Of a stretch of DNA of 64,000 bases, positions 59,358-64,000 are shown in pieces (the first letter of the stretch is position 1; every line of letters begins with the position of its first letter). Made by a program: the position numbers and the translations under genes. The notes beneath the pieces were generated by a model, which was not told the origin of the DNA, did not search any database, and saw nothing but the letters and a program-made list of their open reading frames with translations. Source of the stretch: Dendrobates tinctorius (lineage: Eukaryota); the NCBI RefSeq assembly GCF_039654945.1, contig NW_027361908.1, positions 7,874,001 through 7,938,000 on the forward strand. Reading direction: 5' to 3'.

Positions 59358-60965
59358 TGCTATTGAACTTATTAGTTTTGTTTTTTTTACCTTGTTTTCT
59401 GGAGTTCAGCCATCCCCAGTCGGGGGTGTGCTGAGTTCCATTTTTGTCTCTGATCAGTTTGTCTCTTTGCTCTGTCTTCAGAATTTACCTGAGTGCTGAT
59501 ATAGTCATTTTGAAGTCCTAGTGACTTCAGGGCCTGTTTTTCCTATCAGACGGTTGAGACATTTTTTGGTAGGGTTTTTTACGGATTGCAGACAGCAGCT
59601 TTTCTATCCTGTCCTTTTTAGTTAGCTTGGGCCCCATCATTTGCTCAACCTATCTTTCTATCTGTGTTAGTGTTTTCATCTTGCTTCACCGTCATTATAT
59701 GTTGGGGGCTGCCTATTGCTTTGGGGTCTGCTCTGGGGTAGTTTAGATTTCCCCTTTCTTTCTTTAGGCCTATTTAGTTCTCCGGCTGTGATCGAGGATC
59801 GTAGGAACCCCCCACGGCTACTGTTAGTTTTTGTGGATAGGATCAGGGGTCTGCAATCCGATAGCTACCAACCTCTCTGGTTTTCTGGACTTAGCTTGTA
59901 TTTTTGTTTTTTCCTCATTTGGTGACTTATTCATAACACTTGGCCTGATCACTAGGATTTTGTTCATAAAAGTGCCACACTGCACTCTTCCTACTATGGA
60001 AGACATTTTAAGGCCTAGCATGCTGTGCTAATTTGACCATCTGGCCTAGCTGTCCTGCAACTCTTTTGGTTTTTGTAACCCATTTTTGGACTGCTCCGGG
60101 CCTGCCAGATAACAGCTGTTGCGATGTCAATGTCCACTGCGGATGCTACTCCTCCTCTTCTGAGCTATTGGCAGCGGCACCTTCTTCCCCAATGGATGCC
60201 AATCTGGGTCAACAACTGGGTCATCCATCACCTCCTCTTCAATGTCATGTTCACCTTCCTCTGTGTCACCATGTAAGGTGGTATAGTATGCGGGAAGGGG
60301 CACCTGAGTTTCATCAGGGTCAGATTCTGGCTCAGTCCACTGCGAGTACAATGTAGTGCTCTGAGTGAATGTACCAGCAAATAAATCTAGCAGTGGCTGT
60401 GCATCAGTGCACTCCATGTCAGATTCTTCTTGGACTGAGTAATTCAAGATTTGACTTGCTAACCCAGGCATGGTATGTGAAAAGAGCTCCATGGAGTAAT
60501 CTGTAGTGTGGCCTGCCGCATCCTTTACTTTTGGTAGGGGTGAAGGACAGAAGGAAAGGTGTGGTTCCTGACCATGAACCTCCAATGATGACTCAGTGCT
60601 TTTATTTTTTGAAAGTTCAGAAGAGGAGGCGATAGAGCTGGAGGCTGTGTCAGCAATGTAAGCCAAAACTTTTTCCTGAAGCTCCGGCTTTAAAAGCGGT
60701 TTACCTACTCCAAGAAAAGGGAGCCTTCGAAGCCTTGTGGAGCCAGACGATGACGCAGGTTCAACACCTCCTGCATTAGGTGCTATTGTGCTTTTGCCAC
60801 TGCCAGCAGATCCACCACCACCACCAACACCATCATTACCAGATGGCAACCCCCGCCCACTTCCATGGCCTCTTCGAACACACTTCCTCATTTTTGGGAA
60901 AATGTACCCAAAATACCACCAGCAATATGGTACTGTAAAACAAGGTACAAGGTGTATATAGTATT

Positions 60966-61886
60966 GGGGAGAATTTGAATCTCCCTACAGACTTGAGGAC
61001 ACTGAACTATTATCTCAGGCCCAGTGTAGATTACACCTCAATATAACAGGCTGAAATTGGATGGTATAACACATAATTCTTCTAGCTAATTATAGCAGAA
61101 AGAAACAACGAGTATTTAGGAAAAAATATGTAACCAATTTTATTGAAATATATTAAAAATAAACACCAATAAACAGAGTTTCCCACTAGGCATATGACAT
61201 GGGGTTAATCCAAAATAAACAGTACAGATAATCTTAAATAGCTGAAACCATATATTATCAACCTGCAAGCGTCCTAAAATGTGTTTATTTTTCCATACTG
61301 ACATACTGTATAAAATGCAGATTTGTAACTATATGAATAGGCTCAATGCATAATCAAACCAAGTACAAAGTGCAAATAGTGCTTTTATAGTGCAAATAAG
61401 GCTAATTAATGCACTGACAATAGAGTGTCATGCAATCTTCCAGTGCTAGCAAAATATGCGATACAAACTGGATACTACAACTAAATAAGCCCACTGCAGG
61501 TGGACAATTATATACTGCTGCCAGTGCTTATACCGTGACCCAGACAAAAACGCCTGTAATTAAAGCTATGCGCTGTACTTACATCTAATATGTGATCAAG
61601 GATTCCCCAGGCCTGCCGCCCCAACGCGCGTTTCACTGCTTCTTCCTCAGGAGGACACTGAACTATTATCTCAGGTCCAGTGTAGATTACACCTCAATAT
61701 AACAGGCAGAAATTGGATGATGTATAAAATGTCTATATTGGACTGGGGAGAATTTGAATCTCCCTACAGACTTGAGGACACTGAACTATTATCTCAGGCC
61801 CAGTGTAGATTACACCTCAATATAACAGGCTGAAATTAAATGGTGTATAAAATGTCTATATGGGACTGGGGAGAATTTGAATCTCG
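60966..61886. repeat. ~122-bp tandem array in the hAT 5' region, interrupted by a Penelope-like remnant (~61069-61650) with a degenerate hammerhead at ~61618-61654 (-)
   Basis: Unit GGGGAGAATTTGAATCTCCCTACAGACTTGAGGACACTGAAC... The - strand reads CTGAGGA-agaagcagt-GAAA-CGCGCG-TT-gggg. Confidence 0.7.
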
Positions 61887-63040
61887 CTAGAGATTTTAGC
61901 AAGTTGACAATGATGCTCTCAGTCTCAAGTATGGCAGCAGGCAGCCTAATAAGCAGGACTGCTGCACACAAAAGTGTGGAAAAATGAACGCATGGTAACT
62001 GGGCAAAAAAGAGGATGAAAAGTATTTTTGCTTTTAAAAAGCAGTTTGCACAGCAGTGTGAAAACAGCAATGCAGCTATCAGGGAGCCTTATAAGGCAGC
62101 CTAATAACCAACAGAGCTGATGCACCAAAATATAGCCTCCCCTTGCACTGCACACTAACTGATGTGTTGCACAGGCAAAATCGCAAGCAGCAGAAGCAGT
62201 TTTTTGTATCTTCTTCCCTGCCTAACGCTCTCCCTACAGAATCAGCAGCAGCTCTCCCTATTCTGAGATCAGCAGAAGTAAGATGATGGTCGGCGTGCAC
62301 TCCCTTTTATAGCCCCTGTGACACCACACAAAGCAAGCCAATCACTTGCATGCCCTTCTCAAAGATAGTGGTGACCGCTGCCTATGTCATCGCGTTGCCC
62401 ACTGTGTGCGTCCTCCATCATTGGCTGAAAAAGGGCGCTGAAGCATCATTTCAAACGCGACTTTGGCGCCATGGTCGCCGACCTCGTGGCCGACCTCATG
62501 CTATGGTCGGGTTTCGTTTCATGAAACCCGACTTTTGCGAAGTCGTCGACTTTTGAAATTGACCGACCTGTTTCGCTCAACTCTAGTCTGCACTGCTAAC
62601 TCTGTGCCTAATGGTATTTCCTTCCTCACTTGTCTCTCCACCTTCCTGGTCCTCGCTATAGCACATGCTGTTCAACAAGTTCTGCCTTCTGTACCACTGT
62701 CTTCAGTCCATGTTCTTCATAATGACCTTTGACTTAGAAAATCCTACTCACCAGATAAGTCTATAATAGTTAGGACTAATGAATCCATTCAATATTTTCT
62801 ATATACTCTGGAGTTTAAGCTGTGTATTCCTATCCATTATAACGTGGCTTAGCTGAAATATCCACAGCCCATTATTAATAAAAAGTTTGAAATTATCATC
62901 ATGAGATTGGTAAATTTACTTTCAAATCTGATGAATAGAAACCATATAAGGAACCATAAATGATAAAATGCCAAACAACACCCTAAGCCATGTGGCTAAG
63001 TGTTAGGCATAAAGGTAGGATACTCCTAAAAAACCACATG

Positions 63041-63520
63041 AAAACAATGAGAAATGGAGTACAAGGTCCATAAAATATGTAAAAAAAATAATGTTATTGG
63101 AAACAAGATTAAATCTTAATATCTTAATCTTAATAACCTGGTGATGGTACGTGTCCTTCTTGTACGGACTATGGGTAAGCACTGAGATGGTGGGACGGCT
63201 TAGCCTTGAGTATTTCTGTGCACATTATTAATAGGCTTTGCTTTTAGTACTATATGCAGCCCACCCTTACCCATTATAATATTGGCACTTAGCACTTTAT
63301 TGCGGTTCTAGTCCGTCCATGATTTAGGACATTTTTTTGCCACTATTGTATTGATCCTGTTGCTAATTGTTTCTCTGTATCTTGTTTGCACTATTTTTGC
63401 TTACTTTTTTGTAAATTAACATTATTTGTACATGGATTATTAAGATTTAATCTTGTTTCCAATAAAATTTTCCTTTTTTTTACGTATTTTATGGACCTCG
63501 TACTCCGTTTCTCATTGTTT
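63041..63520. mobile_element. Penelope-like 3' remnant with ~80-bp inverted arms
   Basis: 63041-63120 is the diverged reverse complement of 63438-63520. Confidence 0.55.
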
Positions 63521-64000
63521 TATTACTTCTAAATCTGGTTCAGATTCAAATTTTGCAGCATATTTCTATGGCCACATCTTTGGTGCAAAAACATGAAACA
63601 CGTTCACTCTTTTTAGTTCTAAACACATTTCTATGACAGTAATACCTGTCAACAAATTACTTTATTCACGTCGTCCACTATTAGAATTAATACTAATGCT
63701 ATTTTTTCTACTAAATTTTCAAATTTATTAAAATTAGACTACAGAAATAAGAGTGTGGGGTGAGTGGACATTAAATGGAAGGGGTTGAATTCTTTCTACA
63801 TGACCTACAACCCTTTTGACTGTGAACTCAGGGATTGTGAGAGTTGGCACTGTTCACATGCACGCTGTTATGAAAATTAACTTGTGGTCATGCTGTCACC
63901 AATGCCGGAAGCCCACTGCAATAGGCAGCTACACCCAGTGAATACATTCCAATCACTACACATCATTTTTATTGTTTTTATAGATCATGTTTGCATCATT

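Larger units (their letters stand above)
51950..59938 (+). mobile_element. Ty3/Gypsy chromovirus (Tf1/Sushi group) LTR retrotransposon
   Basis: 5' LTR 51950-55364 (interrupted) and 3' LTR 58959-59938, both TGTT...AACA. TSD CTTGGC. PPT AAGGGGGAGG at ~58946-58955. Order gag-PR-(RT lost)-RH-IN-chromodomain. Confidence 0.95.
49547..60891 (-). pseudogene. hAT transposase of copy 2, split by the LTR element within its BED finger (parts 60891-59939 and 51949-49547)
   Basis: Rejoining gives VWHFYEQNPSDQAKVICKKCSKTFSRGKNLRNLNTSCMLRHLTTMH (BED finger), followed by TTDAW, ATRWNS and LDPRYK. Multiple stops and frameshifts, and a ~200-bp deletion near 51195. Confidence 0.92.
46245..62585 (-). mobile_element. 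hAT DNA transposon copy 2 (complete ends, 16.3 kb including nested insertions)
   Basis: TAGAGATGAGCG ... CGCTCAACTCTA TIRs with a perfect 8-bp TSD GTCTGCAC (46237-46244 and 62586-62593). Confidence 0.95.

Overview
Eukaryotic, non-microbial DNA. The repeat families look anuran (frog); this is an inference. The window is almost entirely transposon-derived and probably lies in large introns of a + strand host gene, of which one candidate 87-bp coding exon is visible (16408-16494). It is dominated by one hAT (BED-finger, ZBED-like) family with TAGAG(A/T)TGAGCG ends and 8-bp TSDs. There are two transposase-bearing copies (<1-6371 and 46245-62585), two internally deleted copies (~17640-20637 and 52523-55106) and a 3.5-kb fold-back element with related ends (12806-16285). 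The large hAT copies carry cargo: both have the same Gypsy integrase fragment, and one has a degenerate 18S rRNA fragment. The 46-62 kb copy is a nested stack: hAT > Tf1/Sushi-type chromovirus (self-priming PBS, RT replaced by a locally templated copy) > a hAT of the same family plus a MITE. Also present are Penelope-like elements and remnants with 5 clear and 2 degenerate minimal hammerhead ribozyme motifs, including a back-to-back pair. The rest includes a Harbinger-type MITE carrying a TTAGGG/TCAGGG array, Tc1 and pogo elements, CR1 and L2 LINE fragments, solo LTRs and Kolobok-type MITEs. No CRISPR or prokaryotic genes. Most of the listed short ORFs are spurious.
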